DNA of 63,530 nucleotides, filler included, from Octopus bimaculoides (Eukaryota), in assembly GCF_001194135.2 (NCBI RefSeq). It is 5 parts of 5 records of this genome, joined end to end, with 100 filler letters (N's around TTAATTAATTAA, not from the genome) between each part and the next. Parts side by side here need not be neighbours in the genome. Positions count along the whole stretch, not along the records: positions 13,653 to 28,957 come from NC_068994.1; positions 29,058 to 60,257 come from NC_068983.1; 3 more parts are not named here. The stretch is one strand, 5' to 3'. Below the pieces are notes generated by a model. That model did no database searches. It was not told where the DNA came from and worked only from the letters and a program-made list of their open reading frames with translations. Shown here piece by piece: positions 26,463-39,848 of this stretch; the first letter of the stretch is position 1; each line of letters starts with the position of its first letter. A program made the position numbers and the translations under genes.

Positions 26463-27523
26463 NNNNNNNNNNNNNNNNNNNNNNNNNNNNNNNNNNNNNN
26501 NNNNNNNNNNNNNNNNNNNNNNNNNNNNNNNNNNNNNNNNNNNNNNNNNNNNNNNNNNNNNNNNNNNNNNNNNNNNNNNNNNNNNNNNNNNNNNNNNNNN
26601 NNNNNNNNNNNNNNNNNNNNNNNNNNNNNNNNNNNNNNNNNNNNNNNNNNNNNNNNNNNNNNNNNNNNNNNNNNNNNNNNNNNNNATATATATATATATA
26701 TATATACATATATAAACAAGGACAAACAGATACAGAGACTGAATACAGTAACTAGATAAATAGAAACATCTATAGCTTCACATACATAAAGAAATTTTGT
26801 TATAATCGTTAATCTAATACAATATTTCAATATTTTGTTAAAACTTGTCCCTCCTGTATTGTATTCTTTCATTTTGCGCTCATTGCTTTCCTTATAAATG
26901 CGCGTATTTATGCGGGCATTGTATGTGAATGTGTGTGTCTACATATGTGTGTGTGCGTGTGTGGTGAGGTGTATGCAAAGTGTGAGAAAGAGATTTTGCT
27001 TTTTCTACGTTTATTCTTGGGTACCTCTTATGTTAGTTAATCCATCAATTCGTTGATTCAGCCTACATCCATACATTCACAGACGCAAACATATGTAGAC
27101 ATATACACAACAAACACATATATACTTGCAATACATACACACATAAATCTATAGTACAATACATACCTACATACACACATTTTTCTCTGCGTCTTCAAAT
27201 AAAGCGTAATAGTACTTTTTTAATATATTTTTCTTATTTCACTGAATTTCTGCGCCATTTTCCACACAATTCAAAACAGAAACCAGTTAGAACCAGTTAC
27301 AACCAGTTCTTACAATTATCTTTCTTTCTAACATTTGCTGATTCCACATTTAATTTAAAAACGTTCAGTCAAAAGTGTTAATTTACTTCTACGTATGTAG
27401 ACAAGAGATGGAGTTATGATTAATTTCGGTTTTTTTCAATGCATATCTTTCCAATTTTCATATAGTTTCCAATTTCTTACCGACTAGCTCTGTTGATGGA
27501 TACAAATCAGAACACTGCATACA

Positions 27524-27575
<52 letters not shown>

Positions 27576-28754
27576 AACACACGTGCTTGTATATATACGT
27601 GTGTATATATTTCCATACATATACACATAGTTACATGTATATGTGTGTATCTATGTACATAGGTACGTATGTGAATGTCTATAGGTAAGTGAGGAGGAAA
27701 AGCTGGCTAGAGAAATTTTGTGTGCGTTCTTATATGCGTATATTGCAAATGAGGATGTGCGTTTCATATTTTCATAGGTACACTAATGTATAAATGTACA
27801 GATTCTCTAATCAGAATCATTAATGACCGTTTAACACACACCCACATATATATATGCATGTATGTATGTATATATGTATGTATGTATTATGTATGTATGT
27901 ATGAATATATGTATGTATATATATACATGTATATATATATTGATATATATATAAATACATACATGTATATATGTATACATATACACATATATATATTTGC
28001 ATATATATACATGCATATACGTAAACATGTATATATGAATATATATATATATATATATACATGTGTCTATTTTTATTCATACACATACATAGATATATAT
28101 ATATTTACACAAACATATGTATATAGACAGATACATTGTTGAGAGACTTGTTTATGAAACAAAAGAAACATTAAAATATCTAAACTGCAACATAAATGCA
28201 TAAATCTAATGATAATTCATATTTTTTTAGAATTCAAATACTTTACAAAAGTATTTACTCATCATTATTTAGGTTTCATGTGTTAATAAAGTAACTTAAT
28301 TTTTCATACAATTTCACGATTAAAACACTCAGAAAATGCATATATGTTTTATGTCAAATGAAAAGAATTTTCAGACCTATATTACGCGAAAAACATATTT
28401 TCAATGTATTATAACTAGTAAAATCACATTTGCAAACACGTTTGTGTAGTTAAAAGTTCGCACGTAAACATGTGGTTTGGTGTTCAGTTCTGCTGCACAG
28501 TGCCTTCGATAAGTGACTTCAGCTATAGATCCCGACCGAAGAATGCTATATGAGTGATATTATCAGAGTGTGTGATCTCTCACAAATCAGTGTAGCTGTG
28601 AACTGCACGTAGATGTCTGATGAAATGGTATGGTTACGTACTTATAATATAATGTTATTTATTAGTAGGCAGCTAAATAACTATTCAATGGAAAAATTTG
28701 TAGCATAATATAAATAATATCTCTAGTTATACACACATACAAATACGTGTATAC

Positions 28755-28798
<44 letters not shown>

Positions 28799-29057
28799 GA
28801 TGAGGGAGGGAGAGAGAGAAAGAGAGAAGGAGGGATTAATATCAATCTAGGAGAGAAAATACCAATCTAGAAAATACTTTAGAGTGCTCAAATAATTTGA
28901 ACTTACACTCCGATACCTCCGTCAACATTTGAACTGTTTATTTCATATATATATATANNNNNNNNNNNNNNNNNNNNNNNNNNNNNNNNNNNNNNNNNNN
29001 NTTAATTAATTAANNNNNNNNNNNNNNNNNNNNNNNNNNNNNNNNNNNNNNNNNNNN

Positions 29058-29458
29058 GGGCTGAGGACGGAACCTTGGTGGACCCCTACCTCTACCCGGA
29101 ATTCATTGCTGTACTCATTTCCAACCCTCACCTTACTGGCAGCATCTCTGTACATGGCTCGCACAGCTCTCACTAACCATTCTTCTATCCCAAGTTTCCT
29201 CATTGACCACCAGATAAGGGATCGGGGGACCCTGTCAAAGGCTTTCTCCATGTCAACGAAAGCCAGGTACAGAGGTTTATCCTTAGCTAGGTATTTCTCC
29301 TGCAACTGTCTCACTAGAAATAAGGCATCAGTAGTGCTTTTACCTGGCACGAACCCAAACTGCATCTCATCTAAATTGATTCGCTCCCTAATTAGTTGGG
29401 CTATGACCCTCTCTGTAACTTTCATAACCTGATCTAACAGCTTGATGCCTCTGTAATT
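29058..29458 (-). mobile_element. RTE-clade LINE reverse transcriptase fragment, uninterrupted
   Basis: NYRGIKLLDQVMKVTERVI..QFGFVPGKSTTDALFLVRQLQEKY..LYLAFVDMEKAFDRVPR..VGVHQGSVLS (RT motifs); runs into a gap. Confidence 0.95.
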
Positions 29459-29926
29459 ATACATATATATATATATACACATAGATATACACATATATAT
29501 ATATATACACACATACATATATATACACACACACACATATATACATACACACGCATATACATACACACACACACACACACACACATATATACATATAGAT
29601 ATACATATATATAGAGAGAGAGGTATGTTTTCTTGAATGAAACAAAATGCCTTTTGTTAAAATCACTGCTGTAATAAAATGTGTTGACATACAACTTTTT
29701 AAACTTGAATAATTTAATGTACATACTTCTAACAATGATGTGCGTGTGTGTGTGTGTTAGGTACGATATTGCAATTAACATGGAAAGTTACCACCGAAAA
29801 CTTTTAAGACCTTTGAGTAATTTATTCTAAGCAGCCTTACAATGTTCTCCTCTGTGTGTGTGTGTGCAGGCATGAACAGTTATTATTTAACATCATGAGA
29901 TTTTCCTGTGGGAAGAAAATATGCGT

Positions 29927-30289
29927 TTAACCCTTTACTATTTAGATTACTCGAACAAATGTGACACTTATTTATTAACATTGTTTTGCATTAATCATGT
30001 ACTTTGTCATAGCTTCGAGATTTCGATGGTGAGATTGTTTATGTTTAGAATGACATTGTAGGGCAGAGGGACTTGCACAGGGTCGCCAGCAATGGAGAAC
30101 GCTGTTAAACCTGGTCAACCCTACACACAATATCTCTAGGATCACTAACGTAGGATGTCTCCAGCTTTATCAAGCAAAAGCAAGAAGCAAACATTGTAGG
30201 GTAGGTGTGAGAAGCCAGATCTGGTCACTTTGGACATAAAAACAGTAGAATATTTGGCTGGATATGGCCAGTTTAAATGGTAGAGTTAA
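29927..30289 (+). mobile_element. piggyBac-type MITE (TTAA..ccct ends) carrying a nested 127-bp insertion
   Basis: ttaaccctttacta ... gtagagttaa. Sister copies at 38605-38832 and 52368-52590(-). Confidence 0.7.
30064..30190 (+). mobile_element. Short retro-insertion with 11-bp TSD and caagcaaaagcaagaagcaa tail (RTE-like 3' end)
   Basis: acattgtaggg at 30053-30063 and 30191-30201. The sister MITE at 38.7 kb has the motif only once. Confidence 0.75.
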
Positions 30290-30448
30290 GCACATCTACC
30301 TTTCAAAAAGTGGAAGGACTCAATTTTGTCTCATTTTAACCATTAAATATTTTTTTGGCCCATTAAAATTCAGGACACAGGTCATTTTTATCTTATCATG
30401 TACACTGTTGATGATTTATAATTACCTGGGCCACTTAACAACAAAACT

Positions 30449-30645
30449 GATCCATTCTTTTTCTGCCACAAGTGTTTCGTTATGGCAAGGTTTCAAATTA
30501 ACCTGGGCCCCTGAACAAGAAAATTGATCCATTATTTTTCTGCCACAAGTGTTTCGTTATGGCAAGGTTTCAAATTAACCTGGGCCCCTTAACAAGAAAA
30601 CTAATTCATTATTTTTCTGCCATAAATGTTTTGTTATGGCAAGGT
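30449..30645. repeat. ~78-bp tandem repeat, ~2.5 copies
   Basis: ctgccacaagtgtttcgttatggcaaggtttcaaattaacctgggcccc repeated. Confidence 0.85.
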
Positions 30646-33409
30646 TACCTCAGATCAACCATTGTCTTTTGAGCAGAATTTGACAAACTGCAAGGAGGCC
30701 GGTCATATATGTATGCACATGTGTCAGCACATGCATGGATGTTCGCATTAACACACACATCAAAGCATAAAACAAAAACAATGGTGACATTTGCTGACAT
30801 TCCATGCGAATGCATCTAGCCACAGCTCTCTGTTTTTGAAGGTGAGGGGAATGGAAAAAAAAAATTCCAAATCCAAACAGAAGTAAAGATTAATGATAGA
30901 AAGCATATCTGACTATAAAACAATACCTCAATATGTATTAGTTCAACCTAAGCCAGAAGTTGGATGCTAAAGAAATGAGCAACATTGAGAGAGAGAGAAA
31001 GAGTGATTAAGTCGATTACATCGACCTCAGTGCGTAACTGGTACTTAATTTATCGACTCCAAAAGGATGAAAGGCAAAGTCAACCTCAGCGGAATTTGAA
31101 CTCAGAACGTAACAACAGACAAAATACCACTAAGCATTTCCCCCGGCGTGCTAATGTTTCTGCCATACTATATAACCTTGGGCCGACCAAAGTTATGTGA
31201 GAGGAAACTGACAGAAGCCTGTCGTGTGTGTGTATGGCTGCCTCCTTGTCTTGACATCGCATGAGAGTTGTAAACAAGAGTCACTGTCATTCAAGCGGTG
31301 TCTGTTTTCCAAGCTACCATAAAAACATATCTCATCATGGGAAATATTACCTCATTTAGAAACAGGTTGGTGGAAGATGACTGGAAGCACATCTGGTTCT
31401 AAAAAACCTGCCTCAACAAATTCTAGCCCACCCATGCAAGCATAGAAAAACAAACACCATGATGATAATGGATTACCATCATCTTCATTTCTTGAGTTCA
31501 AATCTACTGCTTGTATTTTGTTCATATCTCTGGGCAAGACAGATTATCTTACAGACCCATTTCATCTACGATCGGAGAGCATATGTAGCAGATCATCCGG
31601 GAATGTTAGCACAGACAGACTAATACCCGAGTGGAGAAGATAGCTTGTCTCAATTATTTAATATGACGGCGAGAAAAGGGGGGTTTAAAAGAGTAGGAGA
31701 GAAAGGGGAATGAGAGTGGGAGATAGAAAAGAGGGAAAGAAAGAGAAACAGAGAGGAAATGGGAATATATAGAATGAAAGAGAAAGAGAATAAATCGGGG
31801 NNNNNNNNNNTTAGAAAGAGAAAGAATTTGATGAAACAATGAATAACACAGATTTATCTGTAAAGAGGTGTATTTTGGAGAAACTCAGAGATAAGATGAG
31901 AGAGAGGGGAGAGAGAGAGAAACACAGAGATAAGATGAGAGAGAGAGAGAGAGGAGGGAGAGAAACGAAAGGGAGGTTGAGAGAGAGGGAGAGGACAAGA
32001 TACAAGTGATAAAATACTCCAGAGCAGTAAAGCATGTCTCAAACAATGTATTTGTAAATTAAATGTATGTTAGTTAGGATTATAATAATATAAAGAGAGT
32101 GATGGTGGTGGCGGCGGCAACAGTGGTGGTGGTGGTAGTAAAAATGGTGGTAGAGGAGAAGGGGTTTTCATGACAGTGGTAAGGCTGGAAACTAGGGAGT
32201 GTGTGTATGCAAACATGTGTACATGCACCTGGGTGCATATTTGGTGATTGGGTGATGTGTGTGTGTTTGTGTATAAAGGGGATAGGTGTGTGTATGTGTT
32301 TAGCATATTGCTGAATCTGTATAACTGGAGGCATATGATGATGATGATGATGATGATGATGATAGCGAACTGTTGATGATGATGATGCTTATAATGATGA
32401 TAATGACTGAGAAAAGAATAACGATAATTGCAAAAACCAATTATAATTAATAGTGGTGATGTTTGTTGTTCTTTTTAGCCCCAGGTAATTCCCAGACTGT
32501 TCACATCTATGATGAAAACTATTTCAACAAGGACCGTCCTGTCTTTTTTTCTACAATGAGAGAACCCAGAACCACATTTTTGTTCTTGTTTTTTTTTTCT
32601 TTTGTTCTTCTTGCTTATTTGTTTTTTGTTGTTGTTTTTTTAAAGATGGTAGAGTATGATTTGAAGGAGATCTAACTGCTATTTCTAGAAGATCTAACAC
32701 CCAGAGAGAGAGAGAGAGAGGTTCCTTTTCACTAGTTCATGGCTACAGCAGTGTTAGATGGCGGTGATAGCAGTGACAGTGACATCAGCTGAGTGTTAAA
32801 CGAGGGGGGTGTAAGACAGTGAGGGGGTTGGTGGCTGTTGTGGTGGTGGGGGAGCCAGAATGTGATCATATCATATATATCAAGTGCAGCGATTGTAAGG
32901 ACTGCTTGCAGCAGTCAGTGCTTGCAGGGATGTACTGGCAGCACCGATAAAAGGTTGAATGAAACTGGTGGTGGTGTTGGTGTTAGTGGTGGCAGGGGAA
33001 AATTGTGGGAACAGCAGTTACTGTGGTGCTGTAGTGGTGTGTTGTGAGGTTATTGTTTAGTCCCCTGCCCCCCCACCCAGGTCAATCCTGATTGAGCAGA
33101 CATACGATCTGATCAAAGATATTGCAACCATGACCATCATGTCTATATGTAGGAAACCCAAGACCACCTTATCCAGGCATCATTCTTGTAAGACAGGAAG
33201 GTATGATTTGAAGGAGATTTAGTTGGTATTTCTAGCAGATCGAACAACCATGTAAAGGTTCCTTCACTGCCTTAAAGCTATCTGGTGGTATGGAGTGGAG
33301 TGGATGGCATGGTGTGGTATGATGTGAATTAATGCAAATGCGGTGTGATATGCTTTCAAGTTCTGGCACAAAGCCAGCAATTTTAGGGGTAGGGATAGAT
33401 CAATTAAAT

Positions 33410-33630
33410 CAATGGTTCTCAACCATATGGCCCTTGGGGGTCTATATAAGATTTTGCAGTTAAAAATTATGTTCACCAAATTGCTTATAAATTTTTTATA
33501 AAAAATTCCTTAATATTTAGTTATAAAAATATATGATTTTTAAAACCTCAAATAAAACCTCAAAGGGTCGTTCCAAGTAAAATAGGAATCAAAGGGTGTC
33601 CATAGGGGAAAAAATGGTTGAGAATCATTA
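33410..33630. mobile_element. hAT-like MITE
   Basis: TIR-like caatggttctcaacc ... ggttgagaatcatt. Related copy at 41073-41443. Confidence 0.6.
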
Positions 33631-34979
33631 GCTTTAGATCAACCCCAGTGTTTAGCTGGTACTTATATTATCAAACCCGAAAGGATAAAAGGCAATGTCG
33701 ATCTCAGCAGAATTTGAACTCAGAACGTATTATGATGTGATGTGACATGCCATGATGTAATGTGATGTTTTATCATGTAGCGTGACATGTGGCTGGTGTG
33801 TTGCAATGTAGTGCTCTGTGGAGCAATAATGATGCTGTGCGGTGTGGTTGCAATGTTAAGCAAATGGAAACAATAAAGCCAAATATTGCTCAAATGCAAA
33901 CAAATTAATGCGCAGACCATGAAGATTTTTTTTCTGTGTTTAAACGAGCGATTAGAATTTTTCTCTCCCTATCTCTATCTCTCTCTCTCTATCATCACAC
34001 AAATCCATCACAACCTCATTTGCCCAACTAGTTATGGAATTTAGTTACAGATGACACACTTCAAGATAAAAGACCTTGATGCAGCAGTGAAATGACGTGG
34101 CATTGACTAAGTAGGGTGAATTATGTTCCTTGCTGCCTCTCATACCTCATCATCATTTTAATATCCACTTTGCCATTCTTTCATAGATCACATTCAGAAT
34201 TCAGTTAGACAGGTCTTCTACAGCTGGACACCCTTCCTGTTGCGAACTCTAACCTGTTTTCAAGTCAGGTAATACTTCTCCATGGCCAGACCAACAAATG
34301 TTTTTCAACAGAGAAATTTATAAAATACCTTTGAATTTATGCACCAAATGCAATAAAATATATGATTCCTCCAAAATCCACCGCAAGAAGAGAAATGCTT
34401 GTGAATTCTTACATCAATGGACAAAGTATTAGCAGCATCTCTTTTGGCATTTTATGTTGTGGGTTCAAATCCCTCCAAGGTCGACTTTGACTTTCATCCT
34501 TTTGGGGTCAATAAATAAGTAGCAGTTTAGCACTAGGGTTAATGCAATCAACTTATTCCCTTCCCTAAAACTGCTGGCCTTGTACCAAAATCTAAAATTA
34601 GGAGGGAAGCTGGTAGAACCATTAGCATACTGGACAAAATGCTTGGCAGCATTTCTTCTGTCTTCGTGTTCTAAATCTAAATTCCGAGGTCAGCTTTGCC
34701 CATGTTTTCAAAGTTGAATTATCCAAGCTTCAAAGAATTCCTCTCAACACATGGCTATGATGCTCCCCCACTACTTCTGCTCATATCATCAGCCACTAAG
34801 GGACATGCTCAACTGGTCAAACAACTGACAAGCAAATCTGTGATATTGAGTAGAATATTTGCTGTAGCCCATCTTTTATATCAAAACAAAACAATGTGCA
34901 TGATATCCAATCAGTTCCAATCAGTTAAGATGAGAAGCCATGAAAGCCACTGCCTGGTACTGCATCAGGGCATTCGTTG

Positions 34980-35028
<49 letters not shown>

Positions 35029-35029
35029 C

Positions 35030-35260
35030 TCTGAGTGGTTGGCGTTAGGAAGGGCATCCAGCTGTAGAAACTCTGCCAAATTNNNNNNNNNNTATTATCT
35101 CTGAGTGGTTGGCGTTAGGAAGGGCATCCAGCTGTAGAAACTCTGCCAAATTAGATTGGAGCCTGGTGTTGCCATCCGGTTTCACCAGTCCTCAGTCAAA
35201 TCGTCCAACCCATGCTAGCATGGAAAGCGGAAGTTAAACAATGATGATGATGATGATGAT
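35030..35260 (+). mobile_element. RTE-type 3' tail ending in (GAT)n
   Basis: gagtggttggcgttaggaagggcatccagctgtagaaa..catgctagcatggaaagcgg..atgatgatg. Also at 58300-58500 and 57790-57880(-). Confidence 0.75.
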
Positions 35261-35862
35261 TATTATCATTAAGGCAACAAGCTGGCAGAATCATTAGCAC
35301 ACAAGATGCTTAGCAGTATTTCATCTGACTTTACATTCTGAGTTCAAATACTACCGAAGTCACCTTTGCCTTTCATCCTTTTGGGGTCGATAAAATAAGT
35401 ACCAGCTGAGTACTGGGGTCAATGTAATCAACTAGCCCCCTCCACCAAAATTTCAGGCTTTGTGCCTATAGTAGAAAGGATTTCTATTATCATTATTATT
35501 TGGCAATCTGGAAGACTCGTTGAAGCATCAAATATAATGTTTAGAAGCATTTCTTCCAGCTCATTATATTCTGAGTGCAACTTTACCCTTTCAGACGTCA
35601 GTGAAGTAAGATACCAGTCAAATACTGGGGTCGATGTAATTGACTAACCTCCATCCCTAAAATTACAGGCTTTGTGCCAAAGCTTGAAATTATCATCAAT
35701 ATTATTTTTATAAATGGATAAGGGGGGTGAGTTGGCAAAAATTAGTAAAGCATTGGACATAACAGTTTTATAGTAATTAGTTTCACTAAGCAATGATTAA
35801 ACGAGTTCAAATTCTGCTGCAGATTGATTTTGTGTTAACCCTCTACGGTTGATAAATTAAGT

Positions 35863-35900
<38 letters not shown>

Positions 35901-36217
35901 AAGCTCCCCTACAAAAAAGGAAAATGTTGAAGAAAAATAATCTTTATGCCTAAATAAGTAGCCATTATTACAATCGGCATCACCATATCAGCATCAGCAT
36001 CATTATTGCTATTGTTTCATATTTTTAAAGTTTTTCTTTAATTTATTTGTTTGTTTTTTTTTTATTTTTATTTTTTTTGTTCATCATTCCAACCATTTTT
36101 CTTAATTCAATAAAAGACCAGGAAATTAATGGCTTTTGAAAATTGAAAAGTAAAATATAAAAAGAAAAAATAACATAAATAAGGTAATGAAATGAGGAAC
36201 ATGCCTTTTGTTTAGAG

Positions 36218-36264
<47 letters not shown>

Positions 36265-37859
36265 AACATTAACTGCAGACCAACAATTTTTGAGGTTGGA
36301 GGAAGGAATCTAAAGAGAGTGGTAAGAGGAGGAGGATGGTGGGAGAGGTAATGGTGGTGGTTCCGTGGAGGAAACACATAAGGATGTTAAATTGTCACCA
36401 TTACCATTACTATGGTGATGATGATGATGGCAATGCTGATACTTGTGATAAAGAGCTGGNNNNNNNNNNNNNNNNNNNNNNNNNNNNNNNNNNNNNNNNN
36501 NNNNNNNNNNNNNNNNNNNNNNNNNNNATGGGGGGGTGATAATGAAGGAAGTGTGGGGATTATGGCAGGCTTAAACTTTTCTTGAATATATTTTTGATAT
36601 TGTATTTCATTATCATTTACAATCGAATGTTGTTGCTGGGCAGTTGTTGCTCTTGTATTCTGTGGAGAAGAGAGTGCTGGGTAGAAGACTATAACAGTGG
36701 CAAGAGATGGTTGGAGTAGAGGGGGGGGGGATATTTATTTTTGTTATTTCCCCCTTTTTTCATGGGGGTGGGGAGCAGTGTATAGGGTCAGTGAGACAGT
36801 AAAGATAATGAGACAGCAAGGGATGAATGCATTATTGGGATTGGAGGGGGAGATTTGGGCACGGGCGGGCGATGGTACACAGCTTGCTAGTTCACACAAA
36901 AGGTGGGGTAGCTATTATGAAGAGACAGAGAGAGACAAGATACAATGAATCTAGCCCCTACCCCTACAGCAGTACCACCACCATCATCATTAACTACAAC
37001 TGATTCCAATTCCAGATTGGAACTATTTGTCATAGTTAGCACATAAATCAATCATAAACACCTTAAGAAAAGGCATAAATGACACGACTTAGCATATTCA
37101 TTTATCAGTGCGTATAATTTTAGAATCCATGACAGAGAGGCATGGTTACATAGTTACAAAGTTTGCCTTCATTTTTAACCAGATCCTTCATTTTGCAACC
37201 ACATAGATCCAAGTTCAGCATGGAAACCTAGGTGTCTTTTAGTATCACTCCAGGTCAACCAATGTCTTTTGAGTGAATTTGGTAGACAGAAATTGCCCAG
37301 AAGCCCATCATATACAAGTATGTGTCCGTGCGTGCACATGCCCATGGCATTCAGGTTCAGTACATCACACTAACTTATTCAATCCACTGGTTGGAAGGAC
37401 CCACTGAAGAATCTGGTCTTTGGTAATGTAAAAAGACAGTGGGAATAGCCATAGCTGGAATGTCCTTTACCATACATCCTCTCTCACAGAGGGGATATGC
37501 ATGGTGCTAAACAACATCCAAAACAACTACAGCTACTTTTGTTAGCTTATTTCTTTCGAAATACACTGTCTTTGTTACAATTAATTTTGGAAATATTGAA
37601 GAATTTAGTTAAATAACTTTGTCAATATTAAGTTGGTGTTTTGGGACATAACCTGAAATTTTGACAGAAGGTTTTAATTTAAATTACTTTAAAGGAAGGA
37701 GTTTGTATCAGAAGTTAAGAGCAGATTCCAGCAGGTTGGTACCATAAGGGTTACTGCTAAGCTGGGCATGTGATGCACTAAACCCCTCCACATCCACTCC
37801 AATTTGAAGGAATGTGATTTGAACACCACACCACCTACAAACTCAAGAGTTTCAAGGGA

Positions 37860-38310
37860 CATCTCTCGGATACTCTGGGACACATCATCATTATTATCCA
37901 ACTCTGTGGTCCTATGAGATTTCGGATCTTTCACTATCATCAGATTCCTTGCTCAATTGACCTTTGTTTCAAAATACATCTCTCAGATTCTTTGGAACAT
38001 GAGGTTTCGGATCTTTCAATATTAGGCCTCTTGCTCAAGTTGATCTAGTCAGTGTTGGTCAAATCCTAACTTGCACCCTAGCACCAACAAACCACAGAAC
38101 TGCTCTTATGATTCCAAAGCCACCCAGTTATTTTCTCTACAGCTTCCATAATGATATGCATGCCCTAACCCTTTTCCTCCACCAGTGATTCCAGACTCAG
38201 TCAGAGCTTTTGACAGTAAATGTGCTTTAAACTCCATCGACAGCCCACTTCAGTTGGTTCACAGCAAGCATGCATGCACCAGCCTTAGCTTTTTCACAAG
38301 CCTTAACCCA
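37860..38310 (-). mobile_element. Relic of a HERO/NeSL-like REL-endonuclease LINE 3' end with duplicated 3' UTR motif
   Basis: Minus strand EPTEVGCR..IIMEAVEKITGWLWNHK resembles the recalled PxEVGCRGF..AAERASxWLWxKR terminus. GAAAGATCCGAAA occurs twice, 85 bp apart. Confidence 0.55.
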
Positions 38311-38314
38311 TAAA

Positions 38315-38600
38315 GGCGCATGGCTCAGTGGTTAGGGCGTCAAGCTTATGACTGTGAGGTTGTGAGTTCGAATCCCGGACCGGGCTGCATGTTGTGTTCT
38401 TGAGCAAGACACTTTATTTCACATTGCTCCAGTTCACTCGGCTGTAGAAATGAGTTGTGACGTCACTGGTGGCGTGAAGAGAGGAGGCTGGTATGCATGG
38501 GCGACTGCTGGTCTTCCATAAATAACCTTGCCCGGACTTGTGCCTGGGAGGGTAACTTTCTAGGTGCAATCCCATGGTCATTTGTAACCGAAGGGAGTCT
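38315..38600 (+). mobile_element. tRNA-derived SINE family C (CORE-like body)
   Basis: A box tggctcagtgg, B box gagttcgaatcc, then ttgagcaagacactttatttcac. Confidence 0.85.
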
Positions 38601-38604
38601 CCAG

Positions 38605-38832
38605 AAACCCTTTAACATTCAGATTATTCTGTCTAATGTAATGCTTATTTATTCACATTGTTTTGAATTGATTATGCATTATCTTGTAGCCTTGAGATTT
38701 CAATGATATGATTGTTTATTTTTTGGACTGACATTGTAGGGTAGGAATGAGAAGCTGGATCTGGCCAGTTTGAACATTAAACAGGTAGAATATTTTGGCC
38801 GGATATGGCTGGTTTAAATGCCAAAGGGTTAA
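38605..38832 (+). mobile_element. piggyBac-type MITE (empty-site sister of 29927-30289)
   Basis: ccctttaacattcagattattc ... aaagggttaa. Confidence 0.7.
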
Positions 38833-38993
38833 TAGCATGAAGAATAAAAATTATAACACTGATGATGTAAAGGACTGAGACGACCTCTTTGGTCTGGAGA
38901 GATATTCAAACGGTAAATCATAGGAAGAGGGAAGACAAGAGACAAAGGAAAGGGAGTGAGAAAGAGAGAAGAAGCCTTTAGAAATGGGGATGA

Positions 38994-39029
<36 letters not shown>

Positions 39030-39813
39030 ATGCAACAAGAATAATTTGAAAACTCTCTGAAAACAATTTGATTCAGAGAGGTTAGGTCAGTTGAAAATGT
39101 TATGATGTAAATAGGTGGATGATGAAGCAGCTGAATAATATGGTTCTTTGTGCTTTTAATAAATTCACAAGGAAGATTTGGGTGGGGCTGGGAGAACTTA
39201 TAAAAGAGGGGAGGAGGAGAGAGAGAAAGAGAGAGAGAGAGACCAGGAGAGTGGTAAGATAGCAAAAAAAAAAATTCTAAATGAGCAAATGAAACATAAA
39301 ACGGAAGGAGAGGAATAGAAAAAAGTAGAGAGACAGACAGACAGAAAGAGAGAGATAGGCAAGACAGACAGAAAGAGAGAGAGAGGCAGACAGAAAGAGA
39401 GAGAGAGGGGCAGACAGAAAGAGAGAGAGAGGCAGAAATAAAGAGGGGGGAGAAATAAAGAGAGATAGGAAGAGGGAGAGAAGAGGATGGAGAGAGAGGT
39501 GGGGGTGAAAGAGAAAAAAAAAAAGAAAAAAGAAAAGCAAGAGGGAGAAAAAGTGTGAATGAGCATACCTGAGGAGGAAAACGTAAATTTTAACAAGCAG
39601 TGTTTGAAATCTGAAACACTTCAAATCCATTGCCTGAGGCTGACCTGAAGACTCTTTAAACACTTTCTTAACTGTGTTTAAATTATAATATGATTTCCAA
39701 AATAAACAGAGAATATTTGAAGATCAACACCTCTCAATTATTCAATGCCGCCAAGAGACACTGATCTAATTTCCCCTCCTACTACCACCATTAGCTACAA
39801 CATGGCTCCCTCT

Positions 39814-39848
<35 letters not shown>

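Noticed and set aside
18353-26872. ORFs of 110-330 aa containing X runs (also 42899-43835 and 56928-57444)
   Set aside because: Open only because of N gaps and (TA)n/(CA)n flanks.
28907-28933. 27-nt minus-strand microexon with GTAAGT donor
   Set aside because: The acceptor lacks a polypyrimidine tract and adjoins (TA)n and a gap.
35025-35150. 58-bp exact duplication across a 10-N gap
   Set aside because: Typical unmerged contig overlap.
38315-38390. tRNA-like sequences (also 8500-8576, 42888-42951 and 47909-47970)
   Set aside because: SINE heads: A/B boxes but no acceptor stem closure, followed by SINE bodies.
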